DNA of 64,000 bases, from contig OX597819.1 of the NCBI GenBank assembly GCA_951406725.2, positions 15,996,001 through 16,060,000 on the forward strand. Reading direction: 5' to 3'. Origin of the DNA: Octopus vulgaris (taxonomy: Eukaryota). This document shows positions 27,888 to 42,290 of this stretch, piece after piece (the stretch's first letter is position 1; each line of letters opens with the position of its first letter). Position numbers and translations under genes: made by a program. The notes below the pieces were generated by a model that saw only the letters and a list, made by a program, of their open reading frames with translations, made no database searches and had not been told where the DNA came from.

Positions 27888-28246
27888 CCGACCGGCTCAT
27901 TTTCCGAATAGAATGCCAACCAACCAACCACCTAATCACCTGACTAGCCGAGCTAGCTGCCCAGCCGGCCAGCGGCCAGTCGGCCAGCCAACCAGCCGTC
28001 GAGCCAGCCAGCTATCCACTTTACGTTGCACGTCATTCAGCACCTGCACAGACCTTCCCAGAACATATTATCACACACAATCGTAGCGAGACGACCACTT
28101 CCGCCTGTTACGCTGGTCGTTTCCGCTGGATTGCTTTAGTCAAAACTCCACCCATTGTAACGTTGTACCCTCCACTCCAGTACCATCACCACTTTATACA
28201 CACACAAGCACCTACACATGCCATACACACCCAGAGACACATAGAC

Positions 28247-28284
<38 letters not shown>

Positions 28285-28645
28285 GTAGACGTGCAGACAC
28301 GCATTCAGACTGGTAACCAGAGAGACAGACAGCCAGCTAGACAGGTACACACACACACACACAGACGCACACAAACACAAACACATAGACGCACACAAAC
28401 ACATACACAGCATGCATGCATATTAGGCACATATACACGCACAAACGCTCCACCCTGTTTCCTCACGCCACTTACAGACACAACACACGTGTGTATATAA
28501 TGCATGCACAAACTCCGATTACACATACCATTCAAATAAGCATTTACACATACTGTGACACACACACACACTCACATACACAAAGATTACCCTGACCCCT
28601 TATACTACTCACAGACACGCGTAAACATAAAAATTTGAAGAAGAA

Positions 28646-29028
28646 GCACTCCGTCGGTTACGACGATGAGGGCTCCGGTTGATCCGATCAACGGAACAGC
28701 CTGCTCGTGAAATTAACGTGTAAATGGCTGGCTGAGTACTCCACAGACACGTGTACCCTTAACGTAGTTCTCGGGGATATTCAGCGTGACACAGAGAGTG
28801 ACAAGGCCGGCCCTTTGAAATACAGGTACAACAGAAACAGGAAGTAAGAGTGAGAGAAAGTTGTGGTGAAAGAGTACAGCAGGGATCACCACCATCCCCT
28901 GCCGGAGCCTCGTGTAGCTTTAGGTGTTTTCGCTCAATAAACACTCACAACGCCCGGTCTGGGAATCGAAACCGCGATCCTACGACCGCGAGTCCGCTGC
29001 CCTAACCACTGGGCCATTGCGCCTCCAC
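28646..29028 (-). mobile_element. tRNA-derived SINE family C, full length
   Basis: Minus strand GGCGCAATGGCCCAGTGGTTAGG (A box)..GGTTTCGATTCC (B box); tail ends CGGAGTGC(TTC)n. Confidence 0.9.
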
Positions 29029-30055
29029 CATAAAAAGTTATATATATACATATGCATATAGACACATATATACTGCCCCGCTTATTTAGAACTTCTCACA
29101 AATATCCATTTGTTCAGATATACATAGGCTAACCTCAGTTTCATAGAGTATCTCCAGGTATGGTTATCTAGAGAGTTCTATGATGACCATCTTCTTTAAT
29201 CGTGGGCCCTTTGATGATTGTAGTTCGTAAAGAACTGCAGCAACGGAATACGCAAACGCGCGGACGACCGAAGAAACAAGACTGCTACCGGCCATGCTAT
29301 ACCTACCGTGTGTCTTCACGGACGAAAAAAATACGGAAGTGGTGATATTTCATTGCTGTAGACAGTCACGATATCCCGACTACCGCAACGATAACGACCA
29401 GTACCTGAGATCCAGGATATATGGTCCACACTGCAGAAGATAATCTACACAATAATTCATTATAGTAGTTTTAGGAGTTCGCATTTCCCGTTATCTTCAT
29501 TATTTTCATCGTGAAATAGATAGATCAAGTGGTATGGGTAACTCTAGACGAGTGGTACTCCTTCTCAGCTGCAGTCTATTTGAAACTACTTGAAGATCAT
29601 CGTCACAGCTATTTTCTGTCTCATTGTGTACTCTCTAGAATTTGTCTTACTAAACGCAACTGCAAGATAGAGAGATAGAGAGGTTGCGTTCGTCACAAAA
29701 AGAAAGCCTATCCAGCCTTCTCCTAGACAAGTGTCCCAACAAGAACTAGGGGTCAGTCACTCACAAAGTGGCCTTACAATACGCTCGTGCACCATCTCGG
29801 GTACTCCTATGTCCTCAGACACTAATGCTAGATATCTGTTGACCATATTCTGGTTTCAGCCGTCCTTTTGACAGGTCATGTTTTTTTCTATATTGCTCAA
29901 TTTTCAAGCAATTGACCCCCCCACCCACGAGCTTGGTCTAGTGAAGAGTTTCAGTTTTGTCACCGCTGACCTGACCATGTAAAAGGTTTAACTGGACATA
30001 TGCTGCCACTGGCCTGACATACACAGCCACACTTATATATATATATATATATATA

Positions 30056-30107
<52 letters not shown>

Positions 30108-30569
30108 AAGAGAGCACGTGTGTCTCAAGAGGTTTAACAAAATCGCTCGCGCACTAGAAAAAAGCTTCTTTCCAAAAAATATTAGTAACATCCTCATAAA
30201 AAATTTCATAACATTAAAAAGAAAAAGTTTTTAAAATCACCTCTACGCTTCCAAAACTGTATTAAGTGATCCTCATAGACTTTCAAATATATATATATAC
30301 ATAAATATGATTACATCTATGTAGGCTACTTATGGTTCCGTAGATCACTAATAAGACATGTATGCACTCAGACAGAGGCTAAGCCTGCTATTTCAGATTC
30401 TTCACTGATATATAGATGTTAGCACACGGACGTAGATATATACACATACGCAAAATGACCCTCATATCTGTAGACTTCGTAAGGACACACGTACACATTA
30501 CATAAACCATGACCACTCACACACACATTCGCAAAGACACAAACATCCACTCACACAGGCTATCCTAGA

Positions 30570-30926
<357 letters not shown>

Positions 30927-31268
30927 GACATGCATACTCTAACCGGTTTACCTCGATCGCACTTTCACCCATCGGTGTGTACACGGATTTTGGCCAGCAC
31001 TCGTTAGATCGACCACTCACTCACATACTCATGCTGATATCAAACTAGCGCCCGATCAACTTGACCACTAACACAAGCTCATATACGTACACAGTCACAT
31101 GCATACACACATGCACACAATAAAAAAAAATTATAAAGGCTACCACCCGTTTTCCTACCCGTATTTGTAAGCTCCATCCTCCCTTCTCGTCTCTCCATCT
31201 GTTTGTGCAGTGAAGCAGAAAGATAGACAATCTCTAGTCTTCAGCTGCAGGATACATTTTGTTTGGTT

Positions 31269-31323
<55 letters not shown>

Positions 31324-31406
31324 ACACACACACACACACATTACATAAATACATATACATATATACATAGTTCATAACATTCATATATACATACATATAT
31401 GTGTGT

Positions 31407-31439
<33 letters not shown>

Positions 31440-32103
31440 TGTGTGTGTATGTGTGTGTATGTGTGTGTATGTGTGTGTGTGTATGTGTATGTGTGTGTGT
31501 TTATATCTTATATATATATATAAATATATATGTACGTATATATATACACACACACATATATACAGTAGTACTAAAGGCGTATTGTGGTGTAGTGGTGGTG
31601 GGCGATATAGCTGTGGGGTTAGTCGTAGTCTAGTGGTAGTGTGGTGATGATGGTTGCTGTGTAGTGGAGGTAATAGTGCAGTGGTTATGTACTAGATTTG
31701 GAGTTACTGCAGTGATAGTGTTGGTGATATAACAGTGGAAGGGTTAGTAGTGTAGTAGTCGTGAGGATGGTTCGAGGATCTTGTTCGAGAACTGATAACT
31801 TGAAATATAATGGCTATTAGCATGATGGCAGAAAGGCGATTTTCACAGTTCTATAACGATCATATCATATTCTCTACATTCTCTCGCTCTCTTTTCTCTC
31901 TGCCTCTGCCTGTCTGCCTGCCTGTCTCTATGTCTCTGTCTCTATGTCTCTCAGTCTCTCGCTCTCTCTCTCTCTCCCCCCTTCATTGTCTCTCTCTGAC
32001 AAAAGGTGTTAGTCCGAAACGTCGGATTTGTGTTTCCTTACGTAAATCAAACTATATTTCTCTTTGTTCTATAAGATTTTATTGATTACATTTTACCAAC
32101 ACA

Positions 32104-32182
<79 letters not shown>

Positions 32183-32188
<6 letters not shown>

Positions 32189-32715
32189 GAAGTAAATATA
32201 TGGCACAACGAAGTACCGATATTTACTGGAAATAGCGAACGTAATAATACGACGCTAATGTATAGCTTCACCGCGTATGTACTAGCAAAAATGCGTGAGT
32301 GCAACAGACTTGAAAAAAATTGTCTTACCTCCAGGGAGAACATCTGAAAGATGAAATACCTGGAAAAGGATAATGTGGGACCGGAGCCGGTTTCAGATTT
32401 TTCAAGATATACTTGATCTATCTTCATCAGCCAAACATATACCACGACAACATCAGCCAAACATATACCACAACAACATTTCAGATGTTACCACATTAAT
32501 GCCAATACACTCGACTGAAACGCCGAAACGCTAACAGAACGAGAACGGTGAAGAAGTTTCAATAAATTAGTAATGCAATACTAGAGTATTGCTTTCCAGT
32601 AAAGAATAGCCCGTATAGCCCGTGAGGGAAAAATATACATAGAAGTAAATATATGGCGCAACGAAGTACCGATATTTACTGGAAATAGCGAACGTAATAA
32701 TACGACGCTAATGTA
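32183..32715 (-). mobile_element. HHR-containing unit with 80-bp direct terminal repeat (453-bp period)
   Basis: 32183-32262 = 32636-32715 (one mismatch seen); HHR-like motif at 32381-32434. Confidence 0.65.
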
Positions 32716-32924
32716 AGAAAATGGAGAAATACATCGAAATCAAATATCAATTACCAGATAATACTCAATCACATACTTTATTAAACCACTACATAAGAAA
32801 CTATAAGGTTGAACATGGGTACAGGACGTCACCAACAGTAAACAACATGAAATACGCAAACAATGAGAGAAACAAATGGAAAACTGGACAAGTAACCTAA
32901 AGAACATAAACCTAGTAAAGTACT

Positions 32925-33380
32925 AGATTTAAGAAATATAAAATGTTGTGTGACTTTAACATCGAGACTGACAGAGTAATAGCATCTGGAAGGTCTTAGT
33001 TAGTATTAGTAGATAAAGAGAATAGAAAGTGACAGATAATTGAGTTTACAGTCCAAAAGGATGAAAAAATCAATATGAGAGGTATAGGAAAAATAGAAAA
33101 GTATCAGGAGCTGGCCATTGAATTACAGAGATTATAGACAGTGCGGGTAGAATGTAATCCAGTAGTTATAGGTCCTTTGGGAAGTATCCCTAAAGATCTG
33201 AACAGAAGGATAGAGAAAACAGGCATGAAACCTATTTTAGTGTAGCTCCAGAAAACAGTGTTATCAGGGATAGCCTAGAAGCTTAGGAGGGTTCTTGGCA
33301 TCTAAGGTTACTTGTTGTAGTCCGATGTTAGGAATTTTTCTTTCCCAACGGTCTAATCTATTGTTTGCATATGAGGAATA
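32925..33380 (+). mobile_element. R4/Dong-like LINE RLE 3' fragment
   Basis: MLCDFNIETDR..KIEKYQELAIELQRL..PVVIGPLGSIPK; ends at AATAATAAT. Confidence 0.75.
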
Positions 33381-33385
33381 ATAAT

Positions 33386-33590
33386 GGTTTCAAATTTTGG
33401 CGCAAGGCCAGCGGGTTTGGGAAGTCGATTAAATCGACCCCAGTGTTCAACTGGCGCTTATTTTATCGACCCTGAAAGGATGATAGGCAAAGTCGACCTT
33501 GGTGGAATTTGAACTCAGAACGTGAAAGCGGACGAAATGCCGGTGAGCATTTTGCCCAGCGTGCTAACCTATTCTGCCAGCCCTCCGCCT
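33386..33590 (-). mobile_element. SINE family B (tail GGCCTTGCGCCAAAATTTGAAACC)
   Basis: Head and body match; lies within (AAT)n. Confidence 0.85.
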
Positions 33591-33625
33591 TAATAATAAT
33601 AATAATTACAATGATGATGATGATG

Positions 33626-33681
<56 letters not shown>

Positions 33682-33682
<1 letters not shown>

Positions 33683-34235
33683 CCCTGATGCAGTACCAGG
33701 CTGTGGCTCTCATGGCTTCTGATCTTAACTGATTGGAAGTGTTATCATGTACATTGTTTTGTCTTGGTATAAAAGATGGGCTACAGCAAATATTCTGCTC
33801 AATACCACAGATTTGCTTGTCAGTTGTTTGACCTTAACCAGTTGAGCATGTCCCTTAGTGGCTGACGATATGTGCATCTCTGATCACGAGCAGAAGTAGT
33901 GGGGGAGCATCATAGCCATGTGTTGAGAGGGATTCTTTGGGGTTTGAATAGTTCACCTCTGGAAACATGGATGGTTTTTTCAACATCCTTAAACAACCCT
34001 TATTCAGGGACCGTTTGAGCGGGATGGGCTACTCAACCTGAAGAAAATTCTAACTGGGCCCCATCTGCAAGGTCATGTGCTGTTTATCTTGATATGAGAT
34101 CACCATGTCGCGCACATATGGTTGTGATGCATGTGCCTAGTGTACCTTTATCAGACGGGTAGTCAGGATGGGTATATTGGGCTTCGTATATTTTACCCCA
34201 GTGTCACTTTGATGGCATGAACTGCTCTCTCACTC
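33682..34235 (+). mobile_element. ~555-bp non-coding interspersed element in (AAT)n (family D)
   Basis: Near-identical reverse copy at 54106-54659 with the same two ends. Confidence 0.85.
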
Positions 34236-34264
34236 AATGATAATAATAATAATAATAGTAATAA

Positions 34265-35097
34265 TAAAACAAATGAAATCCAAACTAAAACTAGAACAGC
34301 AACGGACCATAATAAAACGATGGCAAGAAACGCCCCTTCATGGCAAATACTGGACTGAACTAAATGCAGAAGAAATAGACAAAGAAAAATCCCAGCAATG
34401 GTTGAGAAGCTCAGGACTCAAAGCAGAGACAGGAAAAGAAATATAACAAGTAACTGCAGAATATGTGATGGACAAGAAACAATAAATCATATTGTCGTGG
34501 CTAAGAAGGAATATATTCACAGACACGACAGAGTTGGGACCTTCATACACTGGAAGCTATGCCAACATTATGGAATAACAACAGAAGGAAGATGGTATTG
34601 GCACACCCCAGAAAAGGTCACAAAAAACGAGAAAGCAACCATACTCTGGGATATACCAATACACACAGATAGAGAAATTAAGGCCAACAGACCAGATATA
34701 GTTGTCAGAGATCATGAAGAAAAAAATGATTTCTAATTGATGAATCAATACCAGCAGATGACAACGTGTCTCTAAAAGAAATGGAGAAACTTTCAAAATA
34801 CAAAGACCTGGAAATAGAGGTAACTCGAATGTGGAATCTAAAAACAGAAACAATTCCTATCATAGTAGGTGCATTAGGCATGATAAAAAATATTCAGACA
34901 AATACATAATAAAAACACCAGGACTTACAAACACATATAACATACAGAAAATTGCACTACTGGGCACTGCCCACATCCTACGCAGAACACTTTCAATACA
35001 GTGAATATAAGAGCATCACAACAAAGCACAGCACATACACAAGGCACACAGAGCTGCGCTCGGTAGTGAAGTGAAAGCACGATAAAAAAACTACTGA
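34265..35097 (+). mobile_element. R4/Dong-like LINE 3' part (zinc finger + restriction-like endonuclease)
   Basis: LHGKYW..WLRSSGLKAETG, CRIC..ETINHI, RHD, LWD..ANRPDIVV, EKLSKYKDLEIE, PIIVGALG; (AAT)n on both sides. Confidence 0.9.
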
Positions 35098-35115
35098 ATA
35101 ATAATAATAATAATG

Positions 35116-35209
<94 letters not shown>

Positions 35210-35220
35210 TAATAATAATA

Positions 35221-35418
35221 ATCCTTTCTACTATAAGCACAATGCCTGGATTTTTGTGGGGAGGGGACAGTCGATCACATTGACACTTGTACTTAACTGG
35301 CACTTAATTTATCGACCCCTAAAGTATGAAAATCTAAGTCGATCTCGACAGAATTTGAACTCAGAACGTAGAGACAGACGAAATACTTACCGCTTAGCAT
35401 TTTGCTCGGCGAACTAAC
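35221..35418 (-). mobile_element. SINE family B (tail 2)
   Basis: Body similarity and tail GGCATTGTGCTTATAGTAGAAAGG, in (AAT)n. Confidence 0.8.
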
Positions 35419-36119
35419 GATAATAATAATAATTTCATTTACTAAAATATATCAGTTACGTTTACATTTGTAGATGACTAAGCTGGGATTGAAGGCAAAT
35501 ACGTGTATTTTGCATCCTGAAATGAAGTCGATGTCAAAACACAGAGCACTCACCGCAAAGGAAACTCAGTTCTTGAAAGAAACAATTTTAAGTTCAATCC
35601 CCACCGGTGTCACCGTTGAGTTTCCAATCATCCGAAGATGATAATCTAAATCTTTGTGCTTGATCCACCTGTGCATTTACTATGTTGTATATAATGATGA
35701 GGGTGATGCTGTTCTGCTGCTGCTGCTGCTGCTGTTGCTGATGGTGGTGATGGTTGTCGGCATCGTCATGATGATGATGATGATGATTTTTGAATGTTGA
35801 AACGAGACACTCAAGCAAGATTTTTGCCGCCCACCTTAAAACAAGAAAGAAAAAGAAAGAAAAAAAATGCAACACTCCTCCACTCACAGCAAAAAAATGT
35901 AAGGAAATAAAACAGAAAAGACAAAAATGGAAACCAAAAAAAAAAAAAGAAATGAAAAAGTTCCTCCACCATCTTCCCTGCGAACTATCTCTCCCACCCG
36001 CCCACCCACTCATCCATGGCCATCACCTGTATTTTTATAGTAATAGGAGGAAATGTTTTGATTTACATGCATACGTGCATACATACATACATACATATAT
36101 ATATATACAAATATACATA

Positions 36120-36159
<40 letters not shown>

Positions 36160-36306
36160 AACATCACACACACACACACACACATATATATATACATATA
36201 TGTATATATAATGCATATTCATACACAAGCATACTATAATACATATACATGCATTATATTCACACACGCAGTCACATGTATGTAAGTATGCTTATGCATA
36301 TATGTA

Positions 36307-36344
<38 letters not shown>

Positions 36345-36427
36345 CATATATATCTATATAGATATTTATATATACATATATATATATATTTATCTATATA
36401 TATATATATATACATATATGCATACAT

Positions 36428-36466
<39 letters not shown>

Positions 36467-36552
36467 TATATATGTATATATATATATGTATGTGTACATA
36501 CATATGTATACATATGTATGTATACACATATATATATGTATACACATATATA

Positions 36553-36587
<35 letters not shown>

Positions 36588-37290
36588 TGTATGTATGTAT
36601 GTATGTATGTATGTATGTATGTATGTATGTATGTATGTATGTATGTATGTATGTATGTACGTGTGTATGTGTGCATATGTGTGTCGTTGTGAATTGCCTG
36701 CTCAGTGAACAAGTGAAGGTGCGAGTATTATGAAGAATTGTATTATGGGTCGGATGAAAGATGAAAGGAGAGCGAAAGGAGGTTGAAAAGAGTGACGAAG
36801 CTGAAATCGCATCAGTTGCAGTGAGCTGTTAGATTACAAAGGAAGGGCTCATGAACGGCCCGGCTACTTGACAAAGGCTGCGTGGCCCTTACAATGAGTC
36901 GTCATTATATCTGCGTTGCATTTACCACAGTTTCATTAAGAAGTGTCGCATTCACACTAAAGGATGTTATACGCATAAATATCCATATACATATTTTCAC
37001 ACACACACATGCACACGCGCACGCACACACGCGCACGAGCACACACACGTATACGCATATACTTTCGTATAGTACATACATATGCTCGCACATAGATGCA
37101 TACATAAATACTTATACTCATTTATATAGCCATACCTTCATATGTATATATGTGTGTATGTATATATACACATATATACACACATACATAAATACATATA
37201 AATACACATATATATGTGTATATATATTTGTATGTATGTGTGTATGAATGTATATATATATGTATGTATATATATATATATTTTGTATAT

Positions 37291-37366
<76 letters not shown>

Positions 37367-37439
37367 CATATACATATACATACACACATACATATATGAT
37401 ATTTAAAAGGAGAATTCAGGTAGGTTCAACAATTTAGAA

Positions 37440-37600
37440 TAATACATTCCTCTCTTCATCACCGAAATTGTTCTTCAAAATTTTGAAAGGAAATTTCCCA
37501 AAATATCATAAATACTATCCTATCTTCAACAAGTCGACTGTGAAACTCTCGTATTCAACTACACCAAATTAAGGATTGATTATAGCCTCAATTGATAGAT
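37440..37600 (+). mobile_element. Penelope-like linker fragment
   Basis: KFPKYHKYYPIFNKSTVKLSYSTTPN. Confidence 0.7.
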
Positions 37601-37999
37601 CCAAACTTAGACTTGTATTGGTCCCCATAATTCAAAAGCCCATACTAGTTCTAATAAAAGTGATATGCCAGGCCACCCCTACCAGTTGAGGGTGTTCTGA
37701 TCTCAGTTAAACGGAAGATTAATGCTGAAACAAGACAAATATGTAATTGACGCATCCAGGAAACATGCCCACTTGCTGGATCCTGTCTGCGCAGAAATGT
37801 AGTTTATAAGTGCTGTGTAGAGATATCTGCTACATATAGGGTAAGAATTTACATAGGAAATACTATTGATTTTAAGCGTCGCTATAGGGCTCATTTGTAT
37901 TCTTTTACTAATTTAAAATATAAATTCACAACAACGCTAGCCACCTATACACACGACATTAAGCTAAATAATATACAATATTCATTATCTTAGTCTATA

Positions 38000-39050
38000 A
38001 TAGCAGAAGCCCTGCCATATGATACAATTACGCGTGTATGTAAATTATGTATTAAAGAATCTATAAACATTCTCCGTCAATATAACTACATTATTGAATA
38101 AGTTCTCTGACGCTATGTACTATTGTAACCATAGATACCATTCAACATTCAAGACTTGTGTTTTTGAATAACCATCAGTGTCATCTTATCCTTGACCTTT
38201 GAAATTCGTAATTATTCAAATCACAAATCTAATGAAGCTAAATTATATTCAAAGCTATTCTACCCATCCTAGGCATAGTGATAACAACCTTAACTTCATC
38301 ATCACCCGTAAACTTTCCAAATATTCGACTAAGGAATTGATTTTCCGAAACGCATCACAAATGTGGCTTTAAGAAAAAAATCTATTACATAAGAACGCCA
38401 ACCTCCTCATTTAAAAAAACGCTGGAAAAGAAACATAAACTGGCACTCACTTTCATTGAACTTTACAGTAACTACACCTTTGTCTCAAATATTTTTAAAA
38501 CTCTTTCAGAAGCATTATCTCTTAAACTGTAAATACCACCAGATCATTGATAAAAATACTATCAGACTTTCATATTTCACTTCCCTAAGTTGTTATTTAA
38601 ATTTAGGGAACACAGTAAAACTATAAACCAACGTACCGCCAATACAAAGTAATTGACCTCATTCAACGACTCCTTTCAAGAATATAAAAATATAAGAATC
38701 TAACTGAATGGATAAGGTGTTCCAAATTTTACCTACAAGCTTAAAAGTACAAGCTATTTGTAACAACAGCAAAGCTATTTAAATCGAGGTTGTATTCTCA
38801 CTCTTATAATTTCAAGAGCCATAACCGAAGCAAACATCTTTGACTTCATATATTTGATCGTTAAGGATAATTCAATCCCTTATCATCTTAAATGGAGCAT
38901 AATTTGAAGAGTTAAAGCTCATGAAGGAAATTATAAGCCATGTAATCATTGCATCACGGAGAATTACCAAATACTTTTTGCATAATTCGGCTGTCGTTCA
39001 GAAAAGATTTCGGATTGCAATCATATAAAAAAAGTTGTATAAATTTACAA
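38000..39050 (+). mobile_element. Degenerate Penelope-like element (RT thumb, linker, GIY-YIG end)
   Basis: RNINWH..IFLKLFQKHY..YHQIIDKNTIRLSY; KDNSIPYHLKWSII..KPCNHCITE. Confidence 0.75.
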
Positions 39051-39419
39051 GCTGACCACTTTCCCACATCATTAACGCTAGTTTATACCAATGTATTTGT
39101 GCGTTTACGCATAATTGTGTCATTCCATTTATGCAATATTTCACGTTCTGAAATCATCTGCTATCTTGTAGCTGTCATCTTCATAATTATCAAACGGTCG
39201 TCAATCTATCAATGCTAACTCGGAGATGATGTATATGACTGTTAGTGTTGTTTTGACTTTGATTTAAACATTATTTTCTCTGCTTTCATCTATATTTCAT
39301 TTATACTTGATTAAACAAAAAAAGGACACTGGAATATTTAAGAAACACCTTGATCATCTCGTAAATGTCGCTTTTATTAAGTAGAACAAAGAAGCCTTTC
39401 GCTCCTAGTACGTTGTATA

Positions 39420-39645
39420 GGCGAGCTGGCAGAAACGTTAGCACGCCGGGTGAAATGCGTAGCCGTATTTCGTCTGCCGTTACGTTCTGAGTTCAAATTC
39501 CGCCGAGGTCGACTTTACCTTTCATCCTTTCGGGGGTCGATAAATTAAGTACCAGTTATGCACTGGGGTCGATGTAATCGACTTAATCCCTTTGCTTGTC
39601 CTTGTTTGTCCTCTCTGTGTGTAGCCCCTTGTGGGTAGTAAAGAT
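39420..39645 (+). mobile_element. SINE family B (tail 1)
   Basis: Head to GTGGGTAGTAAAGA. Confidence 0.9.
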
Positions 39646-40340
39646 ATATATATTGAGTACTTTTATTTTGGCACTGGCTATTTCTCTTATTACAAACAGA
39701 TTTTCGTCAGTACACGCATGCGCGGGCTCACATACACTCACACACACACACACGCGCGCGCGAACACACAAGTCCTTTCCCCAGAACTCTCTGTTGAATT
39801 CAGTGTCACTTTATCGCACCTTCATTTTCTGTTTTACCCCGTTTCCACCCTTATCTGCCATAGTACCTATCACCCCACCCTATGCATTCACATTCACTCA
39901 CTCACACAGAAATGCACACAACTAAACACAAACACACACACACACACACATGCCCTACCGACCCCGATCTTGCCTCGTTTGCTCTCCGATATTCAATTTA
40001 TCCTCGCCACCTCCCTTCCGCTTCAATCCCTAGAGCCTCACATCCACCCAGTTACCCACTCTCCCCTCCGCCGCATTCTGTAGCGCTCTTTCACCAACGT
40101 ACCCAACTGACAGTCTGACGAAGCCATCAATCACCTTATCATACCTGGCCACGTTCACAGCTAACTGCTCCACCCGTATCTCGTGTCAAAGACAGATTTT
40201 TCTCGGGTACATGACTGGCTATCGGCACGTATTCACGCACACACACTCTCACTCTTTTGCATACGCACACACGCACACACACATACACACACACACAGAC
40301 ACACAGACACACACAGACACACACACACGCACACACACAC

Positions 40341-40402
<62 letters not shown>

Positions 40403-40591
40403 TCTATTACACATTAAAAGTGCTAACACATTTGTACATACACTCATTGCAGATTCTCGGACACACAAATATAAATACATATCTTTCTTCTCTCATATAC
40501 ATAGATACATATAATTACACACACACACACACACATATACATGTTCACACACATAACATAAATATGTATGTGTATTTATATATATACGTAA

Positions 40592-40640
<49 letters not shown>

Positions 40641-40763
40641 TATGTATTTACGTATATATGTGTCTGTATGGGTATATATGCATGTACATTCGTATATACA
40701 TACATATATACATACATATATATATGTATTTTATATATATATATATATGTGTGTGTGTATAAT

Positions 40764-40805
<42 letters not shown>

Positions 40806-40906
40806 CGTGTATGTATGTATGTATGTATGTATGTATGTATGTATGCATGTATGTGTGTAGTGAAGTATAGCATTGCTACGAAACTCTACGCAACAGTAAT
40901 TTATTA

Positions 40907-41635
40907 ATCGAACTCGTTGCCAAGGATGTGTCTTGTATATATACAAATCAGTTTACAGAAATAGCACGACTTAACAAATGAATTGGTTCTAAATTACGAA
41001 TCGGTGAGAGGGGAATTTACATTGAATTCATGTTATAAATGGCGGTTTTGTTGTCCGCTGGTGAGATTTGATCTAACAAATATCGAAAGGCGTGAAACAA
41101 GCAGCAATGAATTAAGGCATGAACACCGATTTGATTTATTTATAATTGACTAGCAGTATCGCCCGGCGTTGCTCGGGTTTGTAAGGGAAATAACTATAAA
41201 GCATTTTTAGAGAGTTATAGCCAAAAAATAGCAAAAAAATGGAAAAAAAATTATGGTAAATTTTTTTTTGAGAGTTAAAAAGGTCGTGTTGTATCACCTA
41301 GACAGTCTGTGGTTTGTGTTTCTGATTCTTGACCCCATGTCGAATTTATTGATTTTTTTCAGAACTGGGGGAACTTTCCAAAATTTTCGCTGCGTTAGTT
41401 TTGAATTATGACATTGGGCTATGTGTGTGTCAAGTTTCATCAGAATCGGTTGAAAGCCGTGGTCAGAGTGAGGGTACAACCTGACAGACACACAGACAGA
41501 CAAACTGCCGTTTATAAAGAGAGAGATAATCAATTAAATATCTCTAGTTTTTCTTTTATTCATCACTCGATCTTTCTTTCAGCTTGTTTTAGGTTCATCA
41601 CTTAATGCGTCTTGTATTTTGGCAACGAGTTCGGT
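40907..41635. mobile_element. MITE-like TIR element (contains a nested Helitron)
   Basis: CGAACTCGTTGCCAA at 40908 and its reverse complement TTGGCAACGAGTTCG at 41619; TTAA at the left flank. Confidence 0.6.
41150..41526 (-). mobile_element. Non-autonomous Helitron-like element
   Basis: Minus strand A|TC...CCCGAGCAACGCCGGG..CTAG|T. Confidence 0.85.
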
Positions 41636-41859
41636 TTTAGGATATCCTTTCCTTTTAGGACATCCCCACCAGTTTTGGAAACCCCGTTTAAATCAGCAGC
41701 CTTTTTAAACAAAACGGTAAAATAAAAACTAGGATTTCTTAGTTTAGTTAATTTCCTTGCTGGGTCTGTTGTATTTCAACTCGACGCAGCTATTAATATC
41801 GTTATCTAGTAGATGGTTATAAATCTAGTTACTTTAAAAGAATATTGTTATCATATATA

Positions 41860-42021
41860 GGCGCAGGAGTGGCTGTGTGGTAAGTAGCTTGCTAACCAGC
41901 CACATGGTTCCGGGTTCAGTCCCACTGCGTGGCATCTTGGGCAAGTGTCTTCTGCTATAGCCCCGGGCCGACCAAAGCCTTGTGAGTGGATTTGGTAGAC
42001 GGAAACTGAAGGAAGCCTGTC

Positions 42022-42069
<48 letters not shown>

Positions 42070-42290
42070 GTGTGTGTGTTTGTGTGTCTGTGTTTGTCCC
42101 CCTAGCATTGCTTGACAACCGATGCTGGTGTGTTTACGTCCCTGTCATTAGCGGTTCGGCAAAAGAGACCGATAAAATAAGTACTGGGCTTACAAAGAAT
42201 AAGTCTCGGGGTCGATTTGCTCGACTAAAGGTGGTGCTCCAGCATGGCCGCTGTCAAATGACTGAAACAAGTAAAAGAGTAAAGAGTAAA
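41860..42290 (+). mobile_element. SINE family A, full length
   Basis: Aligns with 6189-6583. Confidence 0.9.

Noticed and set aside
28955-29028. Functional tRNA gene
   Set aside because: A/B boxes are present but the sequence continues into a SINE body seen in three copies; the acceptor stem does not close.
33682-33760. HDV-like ribozyme at the 5' end of family D
   Set aside because: A possible P3/L3 was seen but P1 and P1.1 pairings could not be built by eye.
35594-36013. Poly-H/poly-Q transcription factor exon
   Set aside because: Short triplet runs flanked by Phe-rich low-complexity sequence and an early stop; no domain.
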